The position numbers were made by a program, and so were the translations under genes. Source: Mobula hypostoma (lineage: Eukaryota). Taken from it: a stretch of 64,000 nucleotides of DNA. The DNA lies in the NCBI RefSeq assembly GCF_963921235.1, contig NC_086097.1, positions 189,040,001 through 189,104,000 of the forward strand, given 5' to 3'. Every line of letters starts with the position of its first letter. The first letter of the stretch is position 1. A model generated the notes under the pieces. The model was not told the DNA's origin and did no database searches. It saw only the letters and a program-made list of their open reading frames with translations. Below are positions 35,948-48,655 of the stretch, one piece after another.

Positions 35948-37236
35948 CTCCCCTTCCTCAGGGAAAAAAAATTGTTCGAAGACGATTTTTTTTAAATGTC
36001 CATCACAGGGTTTTAAACAATACAGGGAAAAAACATCAGACGACAAAGCAAAAAGGGTTACAGTTTTCAACTTAACATCTGGATAACTAATCAGCTATAA
36101 CATTGTCAGTACCTTTTACATGTTTGATTTTTAAGTCACCTTCCTGCAATATTGGACTCCAATTTAACAACCTTTTATTCTTATCCTTCATCTTAGTTAG
36201 AAACATCAACGGATTATAACCCATGTAAACCACAAATGGTCTCTGAGCAACAGAAAGGTTTTGAGGTCTCTGATCATAGGCCTCAAAATGTTGTAAAGCC
36301 AGAATAAGTGCCAATAACTCCTTCTCAACAGTTGAATAATTTTTCTGGTTCACATTAAATTTCTTTGTGGAATAAGCTACTGGATATTCAATGTCATTCA
36401 CTCCCTTCTGTAACAGTACTGCCCCAGCAGCTTCGTCACTAACACCGGTTGTTATAGGAAATGGCTTTGAAAAGTCAGGTGTTTTGAGTACAGGATAGTT
36501 TCCAGACGTTCAAATGCCTCCTGGCAAAAGTCACTCCATTCAAATCTTTCATTCTTCCCCAGGAGTTTTGTTAGGGGGAGTGCGATGTCAGCAAAGTTCT
36601 TACAGAATTTTCTATAATACCCAATCATCCCTAAAACCCTTCTCAAAGCTTTCTTGCTAGTTGGAACAGGAACTTTGACAATTGCTTGAACCTTGGCCTG
36701 TACAGGAGCCAGTTGGCCTTGGCCCACCACATAACCCAGACATGTAACTGTGGCATGGCCAAATTCACTTTTAGTGAGGTTCACAGTAAGATTGGCCTTA
36801 GACAGTCTGTCAAACCGTCATTCTACAGCTGCAATATGTTCTTCCCACGTGTCATTCCAGACGACTAAATCATTGATATGAACTCCTGTGCTTTCTAACC
36901 CTCCAATCACAAAATTGATTATTCTTTGAAATGTTTCTGGAGCATTCTTCATCCCAAAGTGTAAAACATTGTATTCATGCAGTCTAGACGGTGTCACAAA
37001 TGTTGATATCTCTTTAACCCTCTCTGTTAAAGGATCACCCCGGTATCCTTTCAACAAGTCAATCTTAAAAAGTTATGTAGCCTTCTCCACTCTATCAATA
37101 CTGTCATCCAAAAGCAACATATCAGTGGTGAATAACTCTGTCTCTCTCTCTCCTTTCCAAACAAGCTATCAATGATGAATGTCTCTCTCTGTCTCTCTTC
37201 AAACAGTTTATAGGGGCACTCCTGGATCCCCTCACA
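34985..37236 (-). mobile_element. Gypsy-type LTR retrotransposon, internally deleted, Gmr1-like
   Basis: TG...CA ends, 5-bp TSD GTCAC (34980-34984, 37237-37241), RT (FGMKNAPETFQR) and RNase H (NYSTVEKELLAL, KGTDNVIAD) remnants at 36072-37105. Confidence 0.92.
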
Positions 37237-38376
37237 GTCACTATATACAATCCTGAGATTTGTTTTCTTCCTGGCATTCAGTGATAAACAAACAACCAAT
37301 ATGCAAAAGACAACAAACCGAAAATACAAAAAGAAAAAAAAGAATAATAATAACTATTAAATAAGTAATAAATATTGAGAATATGAGATGAAGGGTCCTT
37401 GAAAGTGAGTTCATAGGTTGTGGGAACATTTCAGTTATGGGGTGAGTGAAGTTATCCCCTTTGGTTCAAGAGCCTGATGGTTGAGGGGTAATAACTATTC
37501 CTGAACCTGGTGGTGTGAGGCCTGTGGCTGCTTTCCTGGTTTCGTGAATGCTGCTTTTCTGCAACACTGCTCCATGTAGATGTGCTCACAGGTTGGGGGG
37601 CTTTACCCATGATGGATCCACTACTTTTTGTAGGCTTTTCCCATTCAGAGGCATTGGTATTTCCATACCAAGCCATGAGGCAACCTGTTAGTATATTCTC
37701 CACTGCACATCTAAAGAAGTTCATCAAAGTTTCTTGTTCATGTATCTGGAAAACCTAACCTACAGGACCATGGACCTGGTGTGTGTCAATGTTTCTTGAC
37801 TGACTGGAGTAAACAGATGGGCCAAAAGGCTTTCTTCTCCATCATAAATTCTCTATAATTCTTGAGTTGCAATTGAACTGAGTGATTTGCTAAATTCTTC
37901 TTCAGAGAAGATAAGAACTGACCAACAATTGTGTAATATTTTTAAGGTTTTGCAATAATCTGGCTGCTTATTCATCACTGCTACTGATATAACTTTTGTA
38001 ATCTATAATGCATTTTTTATTGAATTTCATTTTTCCATTTGCTGGAGTGGAACTTGAATCTCATTTCCAAACCATTAGTTTGCTTCTCCTTTTACAGTAC
38101 AAGTTCCTTTATCCGTTATTAAAGCTTAATTTGACTGTTTTATAAGTTTTGTCTTTGATAAAAGTGAAAATAACAAATATCATTGAACGATAGCTGCTAT
38201 TGACTCAACAATTACAAATAGATTGCATAAGCTAATTACCACTTTCAAATATTACTGAGTGTTTAATCCACCTTTGCTAAATATAACATGAAGATAAGAT
38301 TTTATTACCAGTAGTATGAAATGAATGTGCTAAAGTCCACTGTGTGCATGGAGCAGAGCAAATCCAGGTCGTACAG

Positions 38377-38783
38377 CTCAAAGTTCAAAATAAAATTTAT
38401 GATCAGAGTACATACATGTCACCACATACATCCTTGAGGTTCTTTTTCTGAGGGCATACTTAGCAAATCTATAAAACAGTAACTGTAAACAAACATCAGG
38501 AACAGTAAACTGTAAACAAATTGTGCAAATGCAGATATAAATAGCAATAAACAACGAGCATGAAATACCATTAGAGTCCTTAAATAAGTGTAGCTCTCCC
38601 CTTTTTGTTCAAGAGCCTGATGGTTGAGGGGTAGTAACTGTTCTTGAACCTGGTGGTGCGAGTCCTGAGGCACTTGTACCTTCTACCTGATGGCAGCAGT
38701 GAGAAAAGAGCATGGCTGGTTGATAAGGATCTTTGATGCCACTTTTCTAAGGCCACGTTTCATATAGATGTGCTCAATAGTTC
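38377..38783 (-). mobile_element. Rex1/Babar-type 3' fragment
   Basis: Reverse complement of the 3' end seen at 8390-8560 and 61252-61735, (TTTGAAC)-type tail. Confidence 0.8.
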
Positions 38784-39119
38784 TGTTTTCTACGCCAGTT
38801 CCCAAACAAACAGATTTGATAGCTCTAGTACAGTGGTCTCCAACTGTTCATGACCTTACCATGAAATTTACAGAAAGATGTTGTTTTTGCTTGGCATTGC
38901 TGCCTGCCATGAAACCATGAAAAGTAACAGTGCAAGAGTGCAAACTTAGGATAATTAATGTAAGAAACATCCATCTGTCCAAAAATTCATCAGTGAATGG
39001 GCAGCACATTGCACTCTGTATGCAAATCATCTTGGTTGTACCAAGTTTCAGGATTTTAAGCAGTGGCCAATCAGCGACACGAAGCATGAGAAGACGTAGC
39101 TCACTCAGGTTCGCCGACT

Positions 39120-42100
39120 GAATGCATAGGGCATCAGTTCATGGCAGTTTGGTAGTTGGAGCAGCAGCTAATCAGCAATCAGGATTGATTTGCAAGAACA
39201 AAATAAAGTAAGGCATGGGCAAGCCATTGTTGGAATGGACAGTGTTAGAATGGAGATTTTGAGGCTTCAGCGAAGAGAGGTTTGAGTGAGAGAAGGCAAA
39301 AAAAGCTGTAGATAGATTTTTTCCCCCAGTTTTAATTGATTTATGTTTCTTTAAATTTGCTCAATTAGAACAGTAGAGATGCCAGGCAGGATAGTTCAAA
39401 GGTCCTCTTGTGGGATGGAGAAGGCAGCGTCCCTGATGACTACACCTGCGCGAAATGCATCCAGCTGCAGCTTCTAACATTCTGAGTTAAGAAGTCAGAG
39501 CTGGAACTGGATGAACTCCAGATCATTTGGGAGGCTGAGAGGTAATTGATAGGGCACATAGAGGGGTAGTTACATCCAAGCTGCAGGACAGAGGAGACCG
39601 GGTGAGAGTCAGGAAAGGGAATGGTTTAAACACCCAGTGCAGAGAGCCTCTGCAGCCATCCCCCTCAACAACAGGTTACTTTGGTTTACTTTTTAACAGC
39701 ATACTACTTTAGATATTGTCGGGGGTGGAGGATGAGCTAGCAGAGAGAAGTCACAGTACTCAGGCCTCTGGCACTCGCTGAGTCTGGTTCTGTGACTCAG
39801 CTGGGAAGGGAGGAGAAGAGACAAGCCGTGGTGATCGGGCTTTCGTTGGTTAGGGGAACAGAAAGGAGGATCTGCATACAAGAATGAGATTCCCATGGTA
39901 TGTCGCCTCGGGACATCTCAGATTGAGTACTTAGCATTCTTATGTTGGAGGGTGAGCAGCCAAAGGTCATGGTCCCTGTAGGTACCAATGACGTAGGTAG
40001 GAAGAGTGACAAAGTTCTGCAAAGGGAGTTCAGGGTGTTAGGTGCCAAGTTAAAGGGCAGGATCCTCGGGGTTTTGATCTCAGGACTGCAACCTGTACCA
40101 CGTGCTAGAGAAGCCAGAAATAGGAAAATCATACAGTTTAAAATGTGGCTAAGGATTTGGTGTAGGAGGGAGGACATCAGATTTTTGGATCATAGGGATC
40201 TCTTCTGGGGAAGGTGGGAACAGAGGAATTGTACCTGAACTGGAAGGGAATTAGTATCCTAGCAGGAAGGTTTACTAGTGCTGCACTGGAGGTGGGGTTT
40301 AAGTTTAAGAGTTGCAGGGGGATGGGAACCAGAGCGCCAGAACAGATAGTGGAGAAGTTGTGGAGACAAATGTTGTTAAGACCTCAGAACAAAGTCAGGA
40401 ATCAAAATGTTGAGCATAATGCGACTAATGTCCTGAGCTGCATATATTTCAATGCAATAAGTATTGTAGGAAAGGCAGATGAGCACAGAGTTTGGATCAA
40501 CACTTGGAATTATGATATTGTAATGTAGCCATCAGTGAGACTTAGTTGCAGGAGGGGCAGGACTGGCAGCTCAATATTCTGGGGTTCTGTTGTCTTAGGC
40601 ATGACGGAGCAGGAGGGATTAAAGGAGGACATTACTAGTCAGGGAAAATGTCGCGGCAGTGCTCAGTCAGGACAGACTGGAGGACTTGTCTACTGAGGCT
40701 TTATGGGTGGAACTGAGGAATAAGAAAGATATAACCACTTTAACAGGGCTATATTATAAACCACACAATAGTCTGCGGGATTTAGTGGAACAAGTTTGTA
40801 GAGAGATCGCAGACTGTTACAAGAAACAAAAGGTTGTTATGATAGGTGGTTTTAGCTTTTCATATATTGACTGGAACTCCTGGACTGTAAAAGGACTAGA
40901 TGGGATAGAATTTGTCAAATGTGTTCAAGAAAGTTTCCTTAATCTGTATGTAAAAGTCCCAACGACAGAGTGTGTGATACTTGATCTGCTATTAGAGAAT
41001 GAGACAGGGTTGGCAACAGAAGTTTGTGTAGGGAAACACTGCATCGAGTGATCATAATGCCATTAGTTTAAAAGTAAATATGGAAAAGAATAGGTCTGGT
41101 CCATGGGTTGAGATCCTAAATTGGAGAAAAGCCATTTTCAATGGCATCAAAAAGTGTGGATTGGGACAGGCTGTTTTCTGGCAAAGATGTACTTGGTAAG
41201 TGGGAGGGCTTCAAAAGTGAAATTTTGAGAGTACAAAGCTTGTATGTGCTTGTTAGAATAAAAGGTTTAGAACCAGAGGGCACAGCCTCAAAATCGAGGG
41301 GCGACCTTTTGGAACAGGTGAGGAGGAACTTTTTTAGCCAGAGTGGCGAACCTGTGGAATGCTCTTCCACAGACTGCGGCGGAGGCCAAGTCCGTGGGTA
41401 TGTTTCAGGTGGAAGTTGATTGTTTCCTGATCGCTCAGGGTATCAAAGGATATGGTGAGAAGGCAGGTGTATGGGGTTGAGTGGGATCTGGGATCAGCCA
41501 CAATGGAATGGCAGAGCACACTTGATGGGCTGAATGGCAGAATTCTGCTTCCATGTCTTTTGGTGAAAGGTGAAATGAGGGGAAACTTCTTCACTCAGAT
41601 GATGATGAGAGTGTGGAACAAGCTGCCAGAGGAAGTGATGCATGAGAGTTCAATTTCAACAGTTAAGAGAAATTTGGATAGTGCATGGATGTGAGAGGTA
41701 TGTCCAGGTGCAGTTTATGGTTTGGCATGAACTAGGCAGTTTAATGGTTTGGCATGGACTAGATGGGCCAAAGGGCCTGTTTCTGTAGTGTAGCTTTCTA
41801 TGACTCAACACTCAAGAGAGAAATTAGGAGGGCTAAAAGAAGGCATGAAGTTGTTCTGGCAGACAAGGTGAAGGAGCATCCCAAGCAACTCTACAGATAT
41901 GTTAAGAGCAAAAGGATTGCAAGGGACAAAATTGGTCCTCTGGAATATCAGAATGGTAATCTATGCGTGGAGCCAAAAAAGATGGGGGGGAGGAATCTTA
42001 AATGGATTTTTTGCATCTGTATTTACTGGGGAGAAGGACACAGAGTCTACACAAGTAAGGCAAAGTAACAGCGAAGTCATGGACCTTATACAGATTACAG

Positions 42101-43497
42101 AGGAGGAGGTGTTTGTTGTCTTGAGGCAAATTAGGGTGGATAAATCCCCACGGCCTGACAAGGAGTTCCTTCAGACACTGTGGAAGGCAAATGCAGAAAT
42201 TTCAGAGGCCCTAGCAGAGTTATTTAAACCATCCTTAGCAACAGGTGAGGTACCAGATAACTGGTGAATAGCAAATGTTGTTCTGCTGTTCAAGAAAGGC
42301 TCTAAAACTAAACAAGGAAATGATAGGCTGATGAGCCTGAATTCAGTAGTGGGAAAGTTATCGGAAGGTATTCTGGGGGACTGGTTATGTGACTATTTGG
42401 ATAGACATGGACTGATTAGGGATAGTTGGCATGGCTTTGTGTGCAGTATGTCATGTTTTTAGAGTTTCACAAGAAAGCTACTAGTAAAGTTGATAAAGAC
42501 AAGGCAGTGGATGTTGTCTACATGGACTTTAACAAGACATTTGACAAAGTCCTGTATGGGAATTAGTCAAGAGGTTGATTTACTGGGTATTCAAGATGAA
42601 GCAGTAAATTGGATTCGACATTGGCTTTGTGGGAGAAGGCAGAGAGTGGTTGTAGACAGTTGCCTCGCTGGCTGGAGCCTGTGACTAATGGAGTGCTGCA
42701 GATATTTGTGCTGGGTCTGTTGTTGTTTGTCATCTATATCAATAATCTGGATGATAGTGTGGTTAACTGGATCAGCAAATTTGTGGAAGGTTGGGGGTGT
42801 AGTGGACTATGAGGAAGTCTATCAGTGCTTGCAGTGAGATCTGAACCAGCTAAAAAATTGCATTGAAAAATGGCAGATGGAATTTAATGCAAACAAGTGC
42901 CAACCAGGGTAGGTCTTACACAGTGAACAGTCGGGCACAGAGAAGTGTTGTAGGTGCCTAATTAATTAGCTTGTTTATTTAGGCTTCTTTTCTTAAAGAT
43001 GTGCTGGATGTGTTCCAACTACCGCTGCACTACTGCATTCTTCGTGGCAATGTATCGGGCCGTGGCCTGGAGGTTAGGTACCACTGTTGTAGAAGAAAGA
43101 GGTCTGGGAATCCAGGTCCAAAATTTGTTCAATGTGGTGGCACAGGTAGATACAGAAGATGGGATGTTAATGTTAAAGTTGTATAAGACATTGTTGAGGC
43201 CTAATTTGGAGTATTGTGTGCAGTTTTGGTCACCTACCTACAGAAAAGATGTTAATAAGATTGAAAGAGTACAGAGAAAATTTACAAGGATGCAGCTAGG
43301 ACTGGAAGAGCTGAGTTATAAGGAATGATTGAACAGATTAGGACTTTATTTATTGGAATGTAGAAGATTGAGGGGAGATTTGATAGAGGTATACAAGATT
43401 ATGAAGGGGAAAGAAAGGGTAAATGCAAGCAGGCTTTTCCTGCTGAGGTTGGGTGGGACAACAGCTAGAGGTCATGGGTTAAGGGTGAAAGGGGAAT
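39120..43497 (+). mobile_element. Old near-full-length CR1 (ORF1 + ORF2) with nested CR1 3' fragments at ~41263-41805
   Basis: ORF1 motif VGTNDVG...VLISGL (39942-40238), EN (CIYFNA, ALWVEL), RT and C-terminal fragments in order. Confidence 0.85.
42954..43084. mobile_element. 131-bp insertion with 8-bp TSD TGTTGTAG, unclassified
   Basis: TGTTGTAG at 42946-42953 and 43085-43092. Removing the insert restores the CR1 sequence (agaagtgttgtagaagaaag). Confidence 0.7.
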
Positions 43498-44261
43498 TTT
43501 TAGACTGGGGAAAAATACACACTCAGGAGAACAGATACATTATCAGGTCTTTAATTCCTATATCTGTTTTAGATGCTTTACTGCAGAAAGAGGGTATCAA
43601 AATAAAAACAACAAAATAATTTTTTTTTTAAATCACAGTTCCTGCTGTTACAATCTCACTTTAATTTTGGTCCACACACTTATGTACCATCTAGTTGTGT
43701 GGGCAGTATGAAAACTTAAAAAAAAACAAAACCAATGCAGTAGTGGCAATTCTAAAAAAATCAATATGAACAACATTGGAATCCCACCAACCTTGTACCT
43801 TATACATCAAAAATATAAATAAATATACCTCTCATCTCAACTAGGAGGTATACTCACTTTGGCACACAAATGTTTAACTTCTAAACACGTATAGACTAGA
43901 CCCTGAGAGGAATTCTCCTCGCTCACACTACGTGAACAGTTTAACACATTCACATTACGCCATTACATTCACATTCGGTCATGACACAATAAATTAAGGT
44001 AAAAATAAACTTTTACAATATAGTGCCTTGTAGTTAAATTAATAGAAAGGCTAACCTACCAGGCTGATAAAGAACTTTGCACAACCACGCTATGCAGGGC
44101 CAATACCCTACTCGCGAAAAACTAAAGCATCCACGTGTAAAACATGTCATATCACCAATATAGATATTCTAGGTTTACAAACAAGTATAAACAAATTTGC
44201 ATGGATATTATCAAATATTATTCACTTTTCCTCACCATACGACCAGTACTCCACATTGCTT

Positions 44262-45180
44262 CTAGAATGCTGTAACTCTCTTTTCTACTCTGCACGTGCA
44301 TATGTTCAGTAAGTCCCAACCAGCTGGGTCTGTGGTGGTGTTACTGAGCCACTCTTGGTGATGGAGATTGAAGTCCCCCACCCAGAGTACATTCTGTGCT
44401 CTTGCCACCCTCAATGCTGTCTCTAAGTGCTGCTCAACATGGAGAAGTACTGATTCATCAGCTGAGGGAGGACAGTACGTGGTGATCAGCAGGAGGTTTC
44501 CTTGCCCATGTTTAACCTGGTGCCATGAGACTTCATGGGGTCCAGAGTCGATGATCAGAGTTGTCTGGGCAACTCCCTCTCTACTGTTTACCTCTGTGCC
44601 ACCACCTCTGCTATGTCTGTCCTGCTGGTGAGACAGTACGTACCCAGGAATGGTGGTGTAGTCCAGAATGTTAACCGACAGAAGGTATGATTCTGTCAGT
44701 ACATCTATGTTAGTCTGTTGCTTGACTAGTCCATGAGACAGCTCTCCTGACTTTGGCACAAGTCCCCAGGTGTTAGTAAGGAGGACTTTGCAGGGTGGAT
44801 AGGGCTGGTTTTGCCGTTGCTGTTTCCAATGCCTAGGTCCATCTGGGTTCATTCCTTATTATTCTCTTTTTAGTGGTTGGATACAGCTGAATGGCTTACT
44901 AGGCCATTTTAGAGGGCATTTAAGAATCAACCACATTGATGTGGATCTGGAGTCACATATAGGCCAGACCAAGTAAGTTTGGCAGGATTCCTCCTCTAAA
45001 GGACATTAGTGAACCAGATGGGTTTTATGACAATTGACAAGGTTTCATGGTCGTTAGATATTTTTACTGAATCCAAATTCACCATCTGCCATGGTGAAAT
45101 TCAAACACATGGCCCCAGTGCATAACTGGGTCTCTGGATTAATGATACAGTGGTAATTACCAGTATATCAAATCTCCCCC
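44262..45180 (-). mobile_element. 5' part of a CR1-like LINE: tRNA/SINE-like head followed by APE endonuclease
   Basis: ORF 44262-44852 (LLTNTWGL, VLTESYL, DRHSRGGG, YCPPS, WVGDFN). Degenerate A/B boxes at 45160-45170 and 45098-45106. Confidence 0.8.
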
Positions 45181-45669
45181 AACTTATCAATTAATTTATT
45201 TTTCTATATCTTGTACTGCAATAAATTAATCAACTTCTAGATTCATAGCATTGCAATGACAGCAATTTACAGACATAATTGACAGAATAATTGATGAAAG
45301 GTTGTGCACCATAAATGGAAGGTCATTTAAATTTGAATGAATATAAATATCTGGACTGATGTAAAGTGGGCTATCTTTTTGCTTTTGTACACCTTAAACT
45401 ATTGCATAATCAACATGCCTACTCTGTAAAAAGGAATGCAAAATTTAAATGGAAAGTACATTGACTATTATATACACTGTAACAACATAACTTTAAAACA
45501 AATTATTTTGATTGATTCAATTAATTGTTAAGCAAATGATTAATAGTTAATAAATATTAGTAATATCAGGACCGTTAATTTGATTAATTACCACCCAATC
45601 AATTCACTCTCAGCCATCAGTGAAGTCAGTGACAGCACTGTCAGTTGGCTCTTGCTCACCAATAATTTA

Positions 45670-46950
45670 CACATCGATGTCAGAACCATTGGCGTCTAAA
45701 CCTTATCTGCAGCCTGGGTCAAACATGAACCAAAGGGCTGAATTCTGGAGATGAGACGAGAGTGACTGCCCTTGACTGTATTTGGATGAGCGTGACAACA
45801 GGGCACTCTAATAAAACAGAAGTTAAGGGCATCAAAGAGAAAACATTCCTGTAGCACAGATTAGACAAAAGAAGATTATTGACCCATGTTAATCATTCCA
45901 CCCAGGACATCATTGTTGGAATTCCTCAAGACAATGTCCTATGCCCAGTGCTCTTCAGCTGCTCCATCAATGGCCTTCCCCCTATCCCTATGGAACTGGG
46001 ATGCCTGCTGATGATTACACAGTATTCAATTGAATTTGCAACTCCTCAGCAAATCTGGCAGCTCATATCTCATGTAGCACGACCTAGTCAAAACATTCAG
46101 GCATGGCAATATTCACAGTGGACAATGACAACTTCCAAAAAGGAAAATCTCACCTCTTGACATCCAGTGGTCATTTTACCATCGGCAAGGCAAACAAGTG
46201 TTGAGCATGATTGAGTACTCTGCACCTTGTCAAGAAGTTCAACACCACTGAGGATAAAGCATCCCATTTCATTGACTCCTCGCTGACCATCATGATCATA
46301 CATTCCCTCCAACAATACATAACAACTCCAAAATTCACTGTACTCACTCACTTGGACAACTTATGGTAGCATAGTGGTTATCACAACACTATGAGGTTAT
46401 CACTGTGTGGTTATCACAGCTTGGGGCATTGGAATTCAGAGTTCAGTCTGGCATCGTCTGTAAGAAAGTTTGTACATTTTTTCTGTGTGTGTATAGGTTT
46501 CTGCTGGGTGCTCCAGTTTCCTCTCACAGTCCAAAGACGCACTGGGTGGCAGGCTAAGTGGTCATGATACATTGTCCTGCAAGAAGGCTGGCGTTAAATC
46601 TTTGGGTGCCGCATCTCTGTGGCCCAGAAGGTCCTTTTCTGCACAGCATCTCTAAATAAATGAACTCCAACAGCACCTCCTAACCCCTTGACCTTCACCA
46701 TCAAGAACTAAAGTGATAGATGGCTAATGGAACACCTCCACCAAGTCGCACACCAAACTGACATGGAAGTATACTGCCAGACTTTCATCGTTGCTGGGCT
46801 AAATCTTAGAGCTGTCTATTCAACAACACAGTTGGATTATGTTCATTAGAGCTACTGCAGCTGTTCATGAAGACAGTTCTTAACACCTTCTCAAGGACAA
46901 TTAAGGAGGAGCAATAAATATTGGTCTTGGCAGTGATGACCAGATGCCAA
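45670..46950 (+). mobile_element. Old CR1-like RT and 3' end fragments, interrupted by a SINE
   Basis: GIPQDNVLCPVLF (ORF 45879), tgctgatgatt (ADD), tail caccttctcaaggacaattaaggaggagcaataaat. Confidence 0.7.
46360..46662 (+). mobile_element. V-type SINE with CR1-like tail
   Basis: tggtagcatagtggtt head, gggtgctccagtttcctctcacagtccaaagac V-domain-like segment, ggcccagaaggtcc...tctctaaataaa tail. Confidence 0.7.
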
Positions 46951-47719
46951 AGAACAAGGTCTCTGACGTCTGGGTGCAGCAGAAGAAAAACAAGCCAGCA
47001 CCCAATGAAATCAGCATCAGACAGCTGAACAATGTCCAATATTTGTAATGCGAAATGGAACTCCAATAAATGCCCTTGAACATCTGCATGCTGCTATGGT
47101 GGGATTTTGTTTACCTGCAACTGATATTTAGAAATGAAATTACCTGTAATGGGTTATTTGTGCCTGTGTGGGGCACCAGAGAGCATTGCGCTCGGAGGTT
47201 TTTTGAGCACCTGCATTGGTTAATTGTTGTTTAATGATTAATCATTTAGAATTTCTTGTGCTTTTTTTCAACAGCTGACTCTTTGTAATAATACTTTCTG
47301 TTTAAACTTGCTAAGTTTATTTTGGTAGGCTCAGAGATTCTGTGTTACTTGTATTATTTAAGCAGATGCTTGATTAGCTCTAATTGCAGGGTCCTAATTT
47401 TGAGAATGTTACTTCTTGCGGTGTCACTCAGCCGAGTCACCGATGTTCTTTTGGAATTATTATGAATAAACTCTTGTCGCCTTCTCTAAATCGGAGTCTA
47501 TTTTTCCTCCACACTTGGGTTCCAATATTTACAGCGTACATTGCGACACCACCTCAGATGTCTAGTCTATACCACCAGGATGTCATCCAGTAATACATGG
47601 AATCTCTTCCTGAAGAAATGGCAGAGAGAGGAAGGGCTGTTATATATAAGACACCATTCTCTTCTGGTTTTGTAACAACTATATTTTCTTTTTGTATTTT
47701 TGGCAGAGTTGAGAAAGAT

Positions 47720-48275
47720 GAGGCCTCCCTTGGTCAGGATTGACCATGGATGTTGCATCCCAGCTGTCTAGATACACGAGCCTGGGCAATACAATATGGA
47801 GAACAAGTTGTTGCACATGTAGCAAGCTCCCCTCTCCAGACATCTGATGAACCCAATTGAATGGCAAAGACTGATAGATTTTAGCACCAGCAGCGTCACA
47901 AAAGTTGCCACACAACATAGGTCTGCCTTAGGGACTCCAGGTCCAGATTTTTCCCTCAGAGTTTACTTGCAAAGCCTTTCCCATGAGTGGGTATAACCAT
48001 TTGAAATCAGAGTTTTCCTTCTCCTAGATGAGCAGCCAACCATGGATGATCAACCTCATCTGCCTGAAGCAACTGGCTTTAAGGTGCCAGTAACCCGCAG
48101 TTGCTCTTCTCCTGTCACAAGAATGGTTCTGCTGGGCTTCGTAGCTAAGCCACACATAAAGGCCAGGAGTTGGACTTGATTGTTCGAGGCTATTCGAGGC
48201 GCACATCATTGGGAGCATTTAATATGTTGTGGGAGCTTGTCCCTACACCACCCCGGCTAGAACAGTTTTAAGGAA
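47720..48275 (-). mobile_element. Non-coding interspersed repeat, possibly derived from an RTE-clade 5' UTR
   Basis: GC-richer island containing ttccttctcctagatgagcagccaacc, a motif I associate with RTE-type 5' regions. No ORF. Confidence 0.4.
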
Positions 48276-48454
48276 CCAGAGTTAAGAATACGAATTATGA
48301 ATTGAAGAAACATCTTGCTAGTTCTGTTTGACCTAGAGGGTTGAACTTCTCCAAATTCTATTCAGTTAAAAACCACAAGCCAATACTCTGGTGAGTTTTA
48401 ACAGATCTTTTCATAACTCATGTTTCACTGTGAGAGTTGATCACAAGATTATGA

Positions 48455-48655
48455 GAGCAAAGATCGTGCAAATGCTAGAACAATGGAGCAGTTCAGGCAG
48501 TATTTGTAGAAAGAGATACAGTTAATATTTCATCTCAAAGTCCCTTCATTAGACCTATTTGTTTCTCTTTCCACAGATGATGCCTGACCTGCTGTGTATT
48601 TTGCAGAATTTTCTGGAATTAGTTTAGATCTGCAGGATCTGCAGCTTTTGGAGTC
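48455..48655. mobile_element. Old fold-back PLE end
   Basis: ttcaggcagtatttgtagaaagagatacag vs tgtttctctttccacagatgatgcctgacctg (inverted), with decayed hammerhead core tttcatctcaaagtcccttcattag between them. Confidence 0.6.

Larger units (their letters stand above)
34932..37731 (-). mobile_element. Rex1/Babar-type 3' fragment split by the Gypsy element
   Basis: aaagtaaatttatt...tatatgtcac|tatatacaatcctgag restores the 3' end seen at 38377-38440. ORF 37452-37727. Confidence 0.8.

Noticed and set aside
43640..44230. Unique CpG-containing stretch with CGCGAAAA and CACGTG motifs
   Set aside because: No ORF, termini or second copy to support a promoter or transposon call.
44262..46950. Possible twin-priming inversion (EN on minus, RT on plus)
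   Set aside because: About 500 bp of unrelated AT-rich DNA separates the parts, they are not adjacent in element coordinates, and no TSD was found.
47844..47875. CTGATGA resembling a hammerhead core
   Set aside because: No GAAA...UH or supporting stems follow.
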